Shown: piece by piece, positions 32,202 through 40,498 of the stretch
How positions within the stretch are numbered: the first letter of the stretch is position 1
Layout: each line of letters begins with the position of its first letter
Assembly: GCA_030646555.1 (NCBI GenBank)
Contig: JAUSKP010000048.1
Span: 2,236 to 66,235, forward strand
Length of the DNA: 64,000 nt
Reading direction: 5' to 3'
Origin: a bacterium
Lineage (GTDB): Bacteria; Patescibacteriota; Minisyncoccia; UBA6257; 02-FULL-45-10c
Notes under the pieces: model-generated
Told to the model about the DNA's origin: nothing
Seen by the model: the letters and a program-made list of their open reading frames with translations, nothing else
Database searches by the model: none
Program-made: the position numbers and the translations under genes

Positions 32202-32352
32202 TGTCATTCCGCACTTGTCGCCGAAGTCATCGCTATGCGAGATCTGGCGAAGCCAGACAATCTATCTATCTGTCATTGCGAGGGCTTTGGCCCGCGGCAA
32301 TCTATCTTATTATGGATTGGATTGCCACGTCGCGGACTCCTCGCAATGACAG
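32202..32352. repeat. composite palindromic element (A-long, B, inverted B) immediately 3' of lepA
   Basis: TGTCATTCCGCACTTGTCGCCGAAGTCATCGCTATGCGAGATCTGGCGAAGCCAGACAATC, TGTCATTGCGAGGGCTTTGGCCCGCGGCAATC, GATTGCCACGTCGCGGACTCCTCGCAATGACAGA. Confidence 0.8.
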
Positions 32353-32379
32353 AGAATATGATAAAATTAGAGGATAATA

Positions 32380-32670
32380 ATGAAAAATATTATAAATATT
32401 TTATTAATCGCGGTTATAGGTTTTTTAGGCTGGCAGTTTTTTAATTTATACATTAAGAATATTTCTTTAGAAAAATCGTCAAATAAATTAAATGCTGAAA
32501 TTTTTTCAATAAAGGCGGAAAATAAAGATCTCGTTTCAGATACCAACTATTTTTCTAATCCGGAAAATCAGGTGAAAGAAATAAAAAGCCAAACAAATTA
32601 CAAAGACCCAGGAGAAAAAGTGATCATTATAATTCCTCCGGCAACGGCAACGAGTACCGCCAATCAATAG
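32380..32670 (+). CDS. small single-TM protein with coiled-coil (FtsB/DivIC-like septum protein candidate)
   Basis: 96 aa; TM IINILLIAVIGFLGWQFF, then a heptad-like region ...LNAEIFSIKAENKDL. Weak call. Confidence 0.4.
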   Translation: MKNIINILLIAVIGFLGWQFFNLYIKNISLEKSSNKLNAEIFSIKAENKDLVSDTNYFSNPENQVKEIKSQTNYKDPGEKVIIIIPPATATSTANQ

Positions 32671-32693
32671 TAAATGTTAAAATAATTAGTGAT

Positions 32694-32749
32694 CCATCCT
32701 TCGCTGTTTCAGCGGGCTTGCCCGCCGAAGCCAGCTATGGCTGGCAAAG
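32694..32749. repeat. C-family GC-rich hairpin repeat abutting tRNA-Gly
   Basis: CCATCCTTCGCTGTTTCAGCGGGCTTGCCCGCCGAAGCCAGCTATGGCTGGCAAAGGCGGG, with nested stems CCCGCC/GGCGGG and GCCAGC/GCTGGC. Confidence 0.65.
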
Positions 32750-32820
32750 GCGGGATTAGTACAATGGTAGTACGCGACCTTCCCAAGGTTGAGACGCGAG
32801 TTAGATTCTCGTATCCCGCT
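32750..32820 (+). tRNA. tRNA-Gly (anticodon CCC), atypical T-loop
   Basis: Acceptor GCGGGAT/ATCCCGC is a perfect 7 bp; D-arm GTAC-AATGGTA-GTAC; anticodon arm CGACC-TTCCCAA-GGTTG. The T-loop is TTAGATT with A where the conserved C56 should be, so it could be degenerate. Confidence 0.5.
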
Positions 32821-32942
32821 CGCTTTGAGAATAATTCTTCTTTGGTAATGGGACGCTGGTTAAGACAGGGATCCGACCGCGCCCCGCACTCAGCTTCGCT
32901 GTAGTGCTGGGGCTCCCGTTACCCGCTCATAGTTAGATAAAA

Positions 32943-33015
32943 GCCACCTTAGCTCAGCTGGTAGAGCAATGCTTTCGTAAAGCAGAGGTCCCCGGTTCAA
33001 TCCCGGGAGGTGGCT
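32943..33015 (+). tRNA. tRNA-Thr (anticodon CGT)
   Basis: Acceptor GCCACCT/AGGTGGC is a perfect 7 bp; D-arm GCTC-AGCTGGTA-GAGC; anticodon loop TTCGTAA; T-arm CCCGG-TTCAATC-CCGGG; no encoded CCA. Confidence 0.8.
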
Positions 33016-33047
33016 CTGAAAAATGATACTATGAATATATGGCAGTT

Positions 33048-33067
33048 CCCTGCCTGCCGGCAGGCAG
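33048..33067. repeat. perfect 20-nt palindrome CCTGCCTGCCGGCAGGCAGG downstream of tRNA-Thr
   Basis: Self-complementary; possible tRNA 3' processing or terminator hairpin. Confidence 0.5.
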
Positions 33068-33164
33068 GAATTCTGGCAGGGGGCTCCGAAATAAAAAAAC
33101 AAATGACAAATTTCTAATATCTAATCAAATCCAAAATTCAAACAACAAAATTTTTAAACAAGAG

Positions 33165-33257
33165 TGTCATTCCCGCGAAAGCGGGAATCCAGAAAACCTA
33201 GATTCCGCATCCCTCCGCCGCAAGGCTTCGGACGGGCAAGCAAGTGCGGAATGACAG
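33165..33257. repeat. composite palindromic element (A fwd + A-long rev with internal C hairpin) upstream of prfB
   Basis: TGTCATTCCCGCGAAAGCGGGAATCC ... GATTCCGCATCCCTCCGCCGCAAGGCTTCGGACGGGCAAGCAAGTGCGGAATGACAGA. Confidence 0.8.
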
Positions 33258-33344
33258 AATATTTTTTTTAAACATTAGACATTTAATATTAGATATTGAT
33301 TAAAAATTGTAAATTAGAAATTAAAAATTGTTTTAGTAAATTAT

Positions 33345-34088
33345 ATGTTTAACCCATTGCTAGATAAATACGATAAAAAAAACGCCAACATCTCCCTTTT
33401 TCCCGGCGTGGGCGGAGATGATGCAAAAGATTGGGCGATAATGCTTTTGAATATGTACGTTAAATACGCCCAAAAACGAGGCTGGAAAGTGGTTCAAGTT
33501 GACGATAGATCTATAGATATAAGAGGGGAATATGCTTATGGCAATCTGAAAAAAGAAACTGGCGTGCACCGCCTGGTCAGAATATCTCCATTTGATTCCA
33601 AAAAACTCCGGCACACATCTTTTGCTTTAGTTGAAGTTTTGCCGGAAATTCCCGAAATAGAATTAAAGAATATAATAATTCCTTCGGAAGATCTGAAAAT
33701 AGAATTATCAAATTCCAGCGGTCCCGGCGGACAAAACGTGAATAAAAGAGAGACCGCGGTAAGGGCAGTGCATTTGCCGACAGGTCTCGCGGCGGCATCT
33801 CAAGTAGAAAGATCACAGCTTCAAAACAAAGAAAAAGCTTTGGCGTTGTTAAAGGCCAAATTGTTTAAATTGATGGCTGATAAGCAAGAAGGCGAGATAA
33901 AAAATCTTAGAACGCAAGTAAAACCGGAATGGGGCAATCAGATTCGCTCATATGTCCTTCATCCGTACCAACAGGTTAAGGATCATCGCACTGATATGGT
34001 AAGCCATCAGCCGGACAAAGTGTTAAACGGCGATTTGGAAAAATTCATTGAAGCAGAATTGGACACGGCGCCAGAATCTAGAATTTAG
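33345..34088 (+). CDS. prfB: peptide chain release factor 2 lacking N-terminal domain 1
   Basis: SPF tripeptide (RISPFDSKKLRHTSF), GGQ motif (SGPGGQNVNK); 247 aa, aligning from about residue 115 of E. coli RF2. All upstream frames are closed. Confidence 0.8.
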   Translation: MFNPLLDKYDKKNANISLFPGVGGDDAKDWAIMLLNMYVKYAQKRGWKVVQVDDRSIDIRGEYAYGNLKKETGVHRLVRISPFDSKKLRHTSFALVEVLPEIPEIELKNIIIPSEDLKIELSNSSGPGGQNVNKRETAVRAVHLPTGLAAASQVERSQLQNKEKALALLKAKLFKLMADKQEGEIKNLRTQVKPEWGNQIRSYVLHPYQQVKDHRTDMVSHQPDKVLNGDLEKFIEAELDTAPESRI

Positions 34089-34189
34089 AAAATAGAATAT
34101 AGAATAAGAGAAAAAGAATCTAGAAAATAGGATAAGATTGAAAAATTTGATATAATCAAAGTAATTAACGGTTAGTAAGTTTTTTATTT

Positions 34190-34215
34190 CTAATTACTAG
34201 TCGCTAGTGGCTAAC
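34190..34215. repeat. CTAGTCGCTAGTGGCTA motif (related to 5160-5217) upstream of ftsE
   Basis: TTACTAGTCGCTAGTGGCTAACTAC; compare AGCGACTAGCGACTAGT...ACTAGTGGCTAGTGGCTAGT at 5160-5217. Confidence 0.5.
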
Positions 34216-34225
34216 TACTATCTTT

Positions 34226-34909
34226 ATGATCAGTTTTCAAAACATTACAAAAGTATACAATAATAAATCTATTGCCCTGGAAGAGGTTAATTTGACTATA
34301 AAACCAAATGAATTTGTTTCTATAGTCGGTAAAAATGGGGCAGGAAAATCAACATTGATAAAGATCCTCATCGGTGAAGAAAAACCAAGTAAGGGCAGGG
34401 TTATGTTTGGTTCCTATGAGGTAAACAAGATAAGGCCCAGTGAAATCCCTGAATTCAGGCGTAAAATAGGCATAGTTTTTCAAGATTTTAAGCTATTGGC
34501 GACAAAAACCGCCTATGAAAACATAGCATTTGCGTTAGAAGTTGATGGAAAGTCGCAATCCGAGATCCAAGAATTCGTTCCTCAAATATTAGATATGGTT
34601 GGTCTTTCTGATCGCGCTTTTAATTTCCCGCACGAACTTTCCGGCGGAGAAAAACAAAGAGTGGCGATCGCCAGGGCATTAATACATCAACCGATGCTTT
34701 TAATCGCCGATGAGCCAACCGGAAATTTAGACCCGCTGAATTCAGCCGAAATAGTTAAGCTGCTTGTAAAAATCAACGAGCTTGGCACGACCGTTATGCT
34801 TGTTACCCATAATAAAGACATCGTTAATAATCTGCATAAAAGAGTGGTAAGTATGGATAGTGGTAGAATAATAAGAGATGAAGAAAATGGAAAATACGTA
34901 TTAGCATAA
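34226..34909 (+). CDS. ftsE: cell division ATP-binding protein FtsE
   Basis: Walker A GKNGAGKST, ABC signature LSGGEKQRVAIARAL, Walker B LLIADEPTGNLD; 227 aa. Confidence 0.9.
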   Translation: MISFQNITKVYNNKSIALEEVNLTIKPNEFVSIVGKNGAGKSTLIKILIGEEKPSKGRVMFGSYEVNKIRPSEIPEFRRKIGIVFQDFKLLATKTAYENIAFALEVDGKSQSEIQEFVPQILDMVGLSDRAFNFPHELSGGEKQRVAIARALIHQPMLLIADEPTGNLDPLNSAEIVKLLVKINELGTTVMLVTHNKDIVNNLHKRVVSMDSGRIIRDEENGKYVLA

Positions 34910-34925
34910 ATTAATTATCTATAAA

Positions 34926-35834
34926 ATGTTCACCGCCTTATTCAGAATAATAAAATATGGGGTTCAGGGATTTAAAAGAAATAGCTGGCTTTCCGTGACA
35001 ACCATAATAGTAATGACCTTAACTTTACTGGTTTTTGTCGGCCTAATTCTTTTTAGCGTGCTAACAACGGATACGATCAATTTATTAAAAGAAAAAATAG
35101 ATATCAGTGTTTATTTTAAAAATGAAACATCCGAAGACAGTATATTAAAAATTAAGAGATCTTTGGAGAGTTTGTCTGAAGTAAAAATTATAGAATATAT
35201 ATCCCGCGACGAAGCTTTAAAAATATTTAAAGAAAGGCACAAGGAAGACGTAACGATCTCTGAAGCTATAGACGTACTGGAAACAAACCCCCTTTCGGCT
35301 TCTTTAAATATAAAAGCCAAGGATCCAAAGGATTACCCTGTAATCACGGCTTATCTAAACAATGAAAACTTAAAAGAACAGGTGGAACAGGTAAGTTATA
35401 ATCAAAATCAGGTGGTCATTGATAGGCTGGCCACGATTGTAGACACAGTTCAGAAAAGTGGAATGGTTTTGATCTTAATTCTTTCATTGGTGGCTGTTTT
35501 GGTATCTTTAAATGCCATAATGCTGGCAATCCACTCAACACGCGAGGAAATAAGCATTATGAGGCTAGTGGGCGCCACAAACATATTTATAAGGGGACCA
35601 TATATCGTACAAGGAATACTTTATGGATTAATAGCCGGTATTTTAAGCATTGTATTTATCGCCCCATTGATTTATTTTTCTGCTCCCTACATAAAGATGA
35701 TCACTCCGGAAATAAATTTGTGGTCATACTTAATTGCCAATCTTTTTTCTATGACCGCCTATCAAATGCTCTTTGGAATTTTACTTGGCGCCATATCCAG
35801 CTCAATAGCTGTCAGAAAATATCTGAAACAATAG
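34926..35834 (+). CDS. ftsX: cell division permease FtsX
   Basis: N-terminal TM, periplasmic loop, 3 C-terminal TM helices; follows ftsE. Confidence 0.85.
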   Translation: MFTALFRIIKYGVQGFKRNSWLSVTTIIVMTLTLLVFVGLILFSVLTTDTINLLKEKIDISVYFKNETSEDSILKIKRSLESLSEVKIIEYISRDEALKIFKERHKEDVTISEAIDVLETNPLSASLNIKAKDPKDYPVITAYLNNENLKEQVEQVSYNQNQVVIDRLATIVDTVQKSGMVLILILSLVAVLVSLNAIMLAIHSTREEISIMRLVGATNIFIRGPYIVQGILYGLIAGILSIVFIAPLIYFSAPYIKMITPEINLWSYLIANLFSMTAYQMLFGILLGAISSSIAVRKYLKQ

Positions 35835-35853
35835 TTAGCGTCCGCTAAATAAA

Positions 35854-35886
35854 AATACCCCCGCTAATTGGCGGGGGTATTTTTAT
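35854..35886. terminator. bidirectional rho-independent terminator
   Basis: ATACCCCCGC-taatt-GGCGGGGGTAT flanked by AAAAAT and TTTTTAT. Confidence 0.8.
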
Positions 35887-35950
35887 AAACTTTATGAAAT
35901 GGGGCTATAATACTTTTTAAAATGAAGAAAGTGGAAATTCTCAATTGCTG

Positions 35951-36973
35951 CTATAGGTGTGGGGACTTAGAAATGATCTTATAAATTTCTAACAGGGTTA
36001 AATAGAAACTTAGGATTATTGGACCGAATAGCAATCCTAGGGGACCAAACAATGAAAGCCCGCCAAAGACAGCAAAAAGAATAAAAATTGGATGGGCCGA
36101 AACACCCTTCTTATAAATGATTGTTCTTAAAACATTATCTATAGAACCAACGAGGATGGTGCCCCAAATAAATAACCCAAAAGCCGCTAAATAGCTCCCA
36201 TTAATGAATAAATAGGCAATTGCAGGAAGCATAACAAGGGATGTTCCTATGCCGGGAACTAAGGCGACAATCACGCCAATCGTTCCCCAAAAAACTGGAC
36301 TCGGAATTCCAAATACCCAAAATCCAATACCGGCCAACGCGCCCTGTATTACGGCGATTAAAAGAGACCCCTTTACCACGGAATTAACAGCGTTATCAAG
36401 CTTCTCAAGTATTAAATTATCATACTTATCTTCTAATGGACTGATTTCTAATAATAATTTTCTGATTTTTAAATTATCTTTTAAGAAAAAGAATAGCGCC
36501 ACAATTACCAAAAGCAGATCAAACAATATTTGGGTGGTGCTAGAAACCAATGGGCCGATATTGCCCACAAACCAATTAAATAATTTCTGAATGTATAAAC
36601 TTAAATTTATAGAAAAGTCCGGAATCAATCTCTTTAGGGGCCCCTCCAAAAGGGTGTTTATTTTGTCCACATAAACAATTTTATTAGTTACCGCATCTGT
36701 ATATAAAGATTGAGCATCTTTAAGTATTTGCCATCCTAAAAGAATTAACGGAATAATGATAAATATCGCCAAAAGAACAATAACAATCAAAGAAGATAGC
36801 CAATCTACTCTAAATAGGGATTTGATCTTTTCATATGTTGGTTGAAGAGCTAGTGAAAGAATTGCGGCAAGCGCCAAAACACCTATAAATGGATAAAAAA
36901 CCAGTCCCATTAATATCGTGGTAGCTAGTAATAAAAATACGAAGAAATATGTTTGTAGTTTTTGATTATCCAT
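35951..36973 (-). CDS. AI-2E family transporter (UPF0118/PerM-like)
   Basis: 340 aa, about 8 TM helices, conserved ...G.IG...P....I......G..... C-terminal pattern. Confidence 0.7.
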   Translation of the reverse strand: MDNQKLQTYFFVFLLLATTILMGLVFYPFIGVLALAAILSLALQPTYEKIKSLFRVDWLSSLIVIVLLAIFIIIPLILLGWQILKDAQSLYTDAVTNKIVYVDKINTLLEGPLKRLIPDFSINLSLYIQKLFNWFVGNIGPLVSSTTQILFDLLLVIVALFFFLKDNLKIRKLLLEISPLEDKYDNLILEKLDNAVNSVVKGSLLIAVIQGALAGIGFWVFGIPSPVFWGTIGVIVALVPGIGTSLVMLPAIAYLFINGSYLAAFGLFIWGTILVGSIDNVLRTIIYKKGVSAHPIFILFAVFGGLSLFGPLGLLFGPIILSFYLTLLEIYKIISKSPHL

Positions 36974-37148
36974 ACCGGGTCAGTAGAAATTCAATAATTA
37001 TTAAAAAATAAGCGACTTTAAGCTGACTGTTTGTTTTATTACCCAGGTAGTGATTTATTTATCAATTATGTCGCATGGCGACCAATTGAATTTTCACTGC
37101 CCGGCATAATAGTTATTATAGCCTATTTTTATAAAATACAATAAATAA

Positions 37149-37176
37149 AATCCAGCCGCTTGGGCGGCTGGATTTA
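37149..37176 (-). terminator. rho-independent terminator for ORF 37209-37811
   Basis: AATCCAGCCGC-ttgg-GCGGCTGGATT; the minus strand is followed by a T-rich tract. Confidence 0.7.
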
Positions 37177-37208
37177 TATCTGTTTTAAAGTTTTAACTCT
37201 CTAAAAAT

Positions 37209-37811
37209 CTAATAACTCACAAAATAACGGATGGTATTGGCGGCCTTAAGAGAATCAACAAATGTTTTTGATTCAGCATTTAATTTTTGCTGCTTTATTT
37301 CTTGTGTTATCTGGTTATCGTAACTGACTTCTTCGCCTTTTGGAATTTCAATTTTATTATCAGCGATAAACTTTTCTTTATCAGCATCGGTAACTTGTAT
37401 CTTATCGGCAAGAAGCCCTTCTAATTTCTTTTGGATAGCAATTTGTTTTTTAAGGATTTCAAGTGTCATGCCCTGAGACGCAAGAGCTTCTTCCAATGTT
37501 CCGCCCTGGCTCTTAATTTGCGCCTCTGCATTGGCAATTTCAATATTAACTTCATCGTCGGTTACCTTAATATCGTTTTTATTGGCTTCATTATTAATAA
37601 GTTTTTTAACGATAAGACTTTCCAAAGCTGCCTTGCCCGAATTCCTCTCAAGTTCCTGGATAACAGAAAGACGGCTGATAGGAGATCCGTTAACCATGGC
37701 TGCGATGAATAAGCCTTTAATTGCGAAAAGAATAGCTAAAGCAACAATGACTACGCCAACAATGGTCGCTGTTTTTATGCTAATTGTTATTTTTTTATTT
37801 GATGCATCCAT
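37209..37811 (-). CDS. SurA N-terminal-domain-like periplasmic chaperone-related protein, membrane anchored
   Basis: N-terminal TM, then V.G..I.......E...........L..LI...L....A....I.V.D.E....I pattern typical of SurA_N/PpiD N-domains. Confidence 0.5.
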   Translation of the reverse strand: MDASNKKITISIKTATIVGVVIVALAILFAIKGLFIAAMVNGSPISRLSVIQELERNSGKAALESLIVKKLINNEANKNDIKVTDDEVNIEIANAEAQIKSQGGTLEEALASQGMTLEILKKQIAIQKKLEGLLADKIQVTDADKEKFIADNKIEIPKGEEVSYDNQITQEIKQQKLNAESKTFVDSLKAANTIRYFVSY

Positions 37812-37965
37812 AATATTTTTTGTTTATTTTATTAATTATCCCGATATTCTAATCAAGACTGGTTGAATTATAGCGTAAATATAAAAAAGTTAAAAGTGAA
37901 TAACCCTGCATACAACACAAAAACGCTCCTCAATATGGTAATATTTAAATAATATAGTAATTTTT

Positions 37966-39762
37966 ATGGAAACAGGATCTAAAAAATCATATGTTTACGC
38001 GACAATAGGTTTTGCTTTATTTTTGGCATTTTTCTTCGGATATTATTACTCCGATAAATTTTATCCGCGCACGTTCATTGGCGGCGTAGCGGTCAGCGGA
38101 ATGACTTACGCGGAAGCTCAGGCAAAAATAAAAACGGAACTGGAAGACATTGGCGCAAACGGATTTAATTTGGAATTTATCAAAGAAGCCGCCACTCATA
38201 AAGTGAGTGTCCCGGCTTCAATATCTGGGTTTACACCTGACACGGTAGTTGAATATTTTTCTATCAACAATATTGATGAAACCATTAAAAAAGCCTACGA
38301 CCGGGGCAGAGGACCATCATTCGTCCTTCGATGGGGCGAAAGAATATCTTCATTATTTTTCAAAAAAGCATTTACAGTTCCGTATTCCATTCAAAAGGAG
38401 GCAGTCTTTTCCTTATTAGAAAGAGAACTGAACGGATTTTTAAAGGGCCCGCAAACCGCGGAATTCAGTGAAAGCGGAAATAAAATAATTATATCCGAAG
38501 GAAAATTTGGAGCGGATATTGATTATGAAAGGGTAATCAAAGAAATGGACAAAGTGTTATTTAATGCAAGCGCTAAAAGTCTGAGATTTGACGTTAATTT
38601 AATAGCTCCATCCATAACCGCGGAAGATCTTAAATTGAAACTGGATTTTGTGAATGCCCTAATAGGCTCCGTTGATTTGAAATTGTGGAATGATCCATAT
38701 TGGTGGCGCGCGCGCGGGCCTATTTTGGCAACTTGGCTTACCATAAATAAAGATGACGAGGACAAAATAGAAATAAGGAGCGAAAAACTAAAGAATTTTG
38801 TTGAAATAAATACCAATTTATTGATTGACGGAAGGATGGTAAATAGCCGCTTTGAAATGCAAAATGGCAAGCTGGCGGAGATTGTTCCCGGCCAAGCCGG
38901 ACTGGGGGTAAATTTTGATAAATTAAAAGCAGATATAGAGAAGGAATTGCAAAGGATTTATCAAAATTATAATGGTAAAAAAATAAAGCCGGAAACGCTG
39001 GCGGTTAAATTTACCATTGAAAAAGTATTACCAAAAGTTACGAAGGAAACCATTGAACAGTACAAAATAACCAACCTGATCGGTGAAGCAAAAACTAGTT
39101 TTGCCGGAAGTTCTGCTGCTAGAATACATAATATAAAAGTTGGGGTTTTAAAGCTTAACGGAATATTGATAGCTCCAGGGGAAGAATTTTCCACGGTAAA
39201 AGCAATCGGGGAAGTAACTGAGAAAGAAGGATATAAAAAAGAATTTGTAATCAAGCTAGATAAAAGCGTGGAAGAATTCGGGGGCGGACTTTGCCAAATA
39301 GCGACTACATTATTCAGATTAGCGCTTAATACCGGGCTGCCGATCACTGAGAGGCAAAATCATAGCTACGTTGTCGGTTATTACGGACCGGGACTGGACG
39401 CGACAATTTATGGACCGCATCCGGATCTCAGGTTTGTTAACGACACGGGAAATTATGTTTTATTGCAGGGAATGGTAAAAAATAACGATTTAATCTTTGA
39501 GCTTTATGGAAGAAAAGACGGCAGAAAAGTATCAATTTCCGAACCAAGAATACGCGACAGAATATCTCCGCCTGATACAAAATATATTTTAACGGATGCC
39601 CTGCCGCTGGCGCAAAAAAAATGCACCGAGAGGCGCAGAGAGGGACTAACTGCGGAAACTGATTATCGCGTGGAATATGCCGACTCCAGCATTCATGAAC
39701 AAACTTTTTTCAGCGAGTATAAGCCTTGGCAGGAAGTGTGCCTCTTTGGCACACGGTTTTAA
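37966..39762 (+). CDS. VanW-family protein (N-terminal TM, peptidoglycan-associated)
   Basis: VanW domain signature GGGLCQIATTLFRLALNTGLPITERQNHSYVVGYY near the C-terminus; 598 aa. Confidence 0.7.
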   Translation: METGSKKSYVYATIGFALFLAFFFGYYYSDKFYPRTFIGGVAVSGMTYAEAQAKIKTELEDIGANGFNLEFIKEAATHKVSVPASISGFTPDTVVEYFSINNIDETIKKAYDRGRGPSFVLRWGERISSLFFKKAFTVPYSIQKEAVFSLLERELNGFLKGPQTAEFSESGNKIIISEGKFGADIDYERVIKEMDKVLFNASAKSLRFDVNLIAPSITAEDLKLKLDFVNALIGSVDLKLWNDPYWWRARGPILATWLTINKDDEDKIEIRSEKLKNFVEINTNLLIDGRMVNSRFEMQNGKLAEIVPGQAGLGVNFDKLKADIEKELQRIYQNYNGKKIKPETLAVKFTIEKVLPKVTKETIEQYKITNLIGEAKTSFAGSSAARIHNIKVGVLKLNGILIAPGEEFSTVKAIGEVTEKEGYKKEFVIKLDKSVEEFGGGLCQIATTLFRLALNTGLPITERQNHSYVVGYYGPGLDATIYGPHPDLRFVNDTGNYVLLQGMVKNNDLIFELYGRKDGRKVSISEPRIRDRISPPDTKYILTDALPLAQKKCTERRREGLTAETDYRVEYADSSIHEQTFFSEYKPWQEVCLFGTRF

Positions 39763-39774
39763 CCTTTGCGGTCT

Positions 39775-40401
39775 TTAAAGCCGCACCGTAATAAATCTTT
39801 TTTTCCACACCTTAATAAAATCCTGGATGGAAATTTTTTCTCCTGCCGATGTTCCGGCGGGATCATTATAATAAATTGTATCGCCGTCAATGCCGCTTAT
39901 AACCGCGAGGTGAGGTATTGAGCTTTTTAGATCAAATTTATAATGGACCGATGCAATGACGGGACCTTCCTTTAAGGATTTTTTAAATTGAGCGAAGGCG
40001 GCATCCACGCTCAAACTTGAAAGATCATAATTTTCGCCTTTTAGGCCATATTTGCTGGCAAGAAGCGCAAGCTCTCTATGTTTCCATCCCGCATCGTTAA
40101 GATATGCTCCGGCATCAATACCTTCCTTGAGCAGGGTATTAACCGCCACAGTTCCCGGTTTATAAAATTCAATAAGCATCGCCAAGCTTGCTATGCCGCA
40201 ACCCAGTTTTTGCCATTCAACATCATCAATATCGCTAAATTGCGAGTAAAAGAGAACATCGGGAATTTTAGTTTGAACGTTAATAACCATCTCATTTTGA
40301 GAATTATAGCGAGTATCAATCGGAGCATTCAAAGAAACGCCTGAAGCGGCGATTGAAGTACCAACCAAGAAATTTATAAGAAGGTTGAAATATGATGCCA
40401 T
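39775..40401 (-). CDS. secreted C39-like cysteine peptidase-domain protein
   Basis: Signal peptide, QKLGCGIASLAMLIEFY catalytic-Cys context, downstream H (IPHLAVISGID); 208 aa. Confidence 0.55.
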   Translation of the reverse strand: MASYFNLLINFLVGTSIAASGVSLNAPIDTRYNSQNEMVINVQTKIPDVLFYSQFSDIDDVEWQKLGCGIASLAMLIEFYKPGTVAVNTLLKEGIDAGAYLNDAGWKHRELALLASKYGLKGENYDLSSLSVDAAFAQFKKSLKEGPVIASVHYKFDLKSSIPHLAVISGIDGDTIYYNDPAGTSAGEKISIQDFIKVWKKRFITVRL

Positions 40402-40498
40402 GTTTTAAATTATACCATATTTTAACAAATATTGCAAGATAGGGTGATATAACTGCCAACCTTAGGGCAGCTCATCCAAATGAACTTAATAATTATTT

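Noticed and set aside
32750-32820. Rejecting the tRNA-Gly call because of the odd T-loop (A56)
   Set aside because: Not rejected outright. Acceptor, D and anticodon arms are canonical and the gene sits beside tRNA-Thr, so it is reported at reduced confidence (0.5) rather than dropped. It may be a degenerate copy.
32235-33254. ORFs 32235-32444, 32689-32904, 32890-33102, 33039-33254
   Set aside because: Made of repeat units and/or overlap tRNA-Gly and tRNA-Thr and the CCTGCCTGCCGGCAGGCAGG palindrome; not protein genes.
28385-33257. Possible CRISPR array, because many short palindromic repeats recur within a few kb
   Set aside because: Units are of several different sequences and orientations, spacing is irregular (0-60 nt), spacers are not unique-sequence blocks, and copies lie inside conserved protein-coding frames. 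No cas genes were seen. These are dispersed REP/MITE-like elements, not CRISPR.
33260-33345. Search for a programmed +1 frameshift or upstream exon of prfB
   Set aside because: All three frames upstream of the prfB ATG are closed by multiple stops, and no CTT-TGA-type shifty site or domain-1-like coding remnant is visible. RF2 is therefore reported as genuinely short rather than frameshifted.
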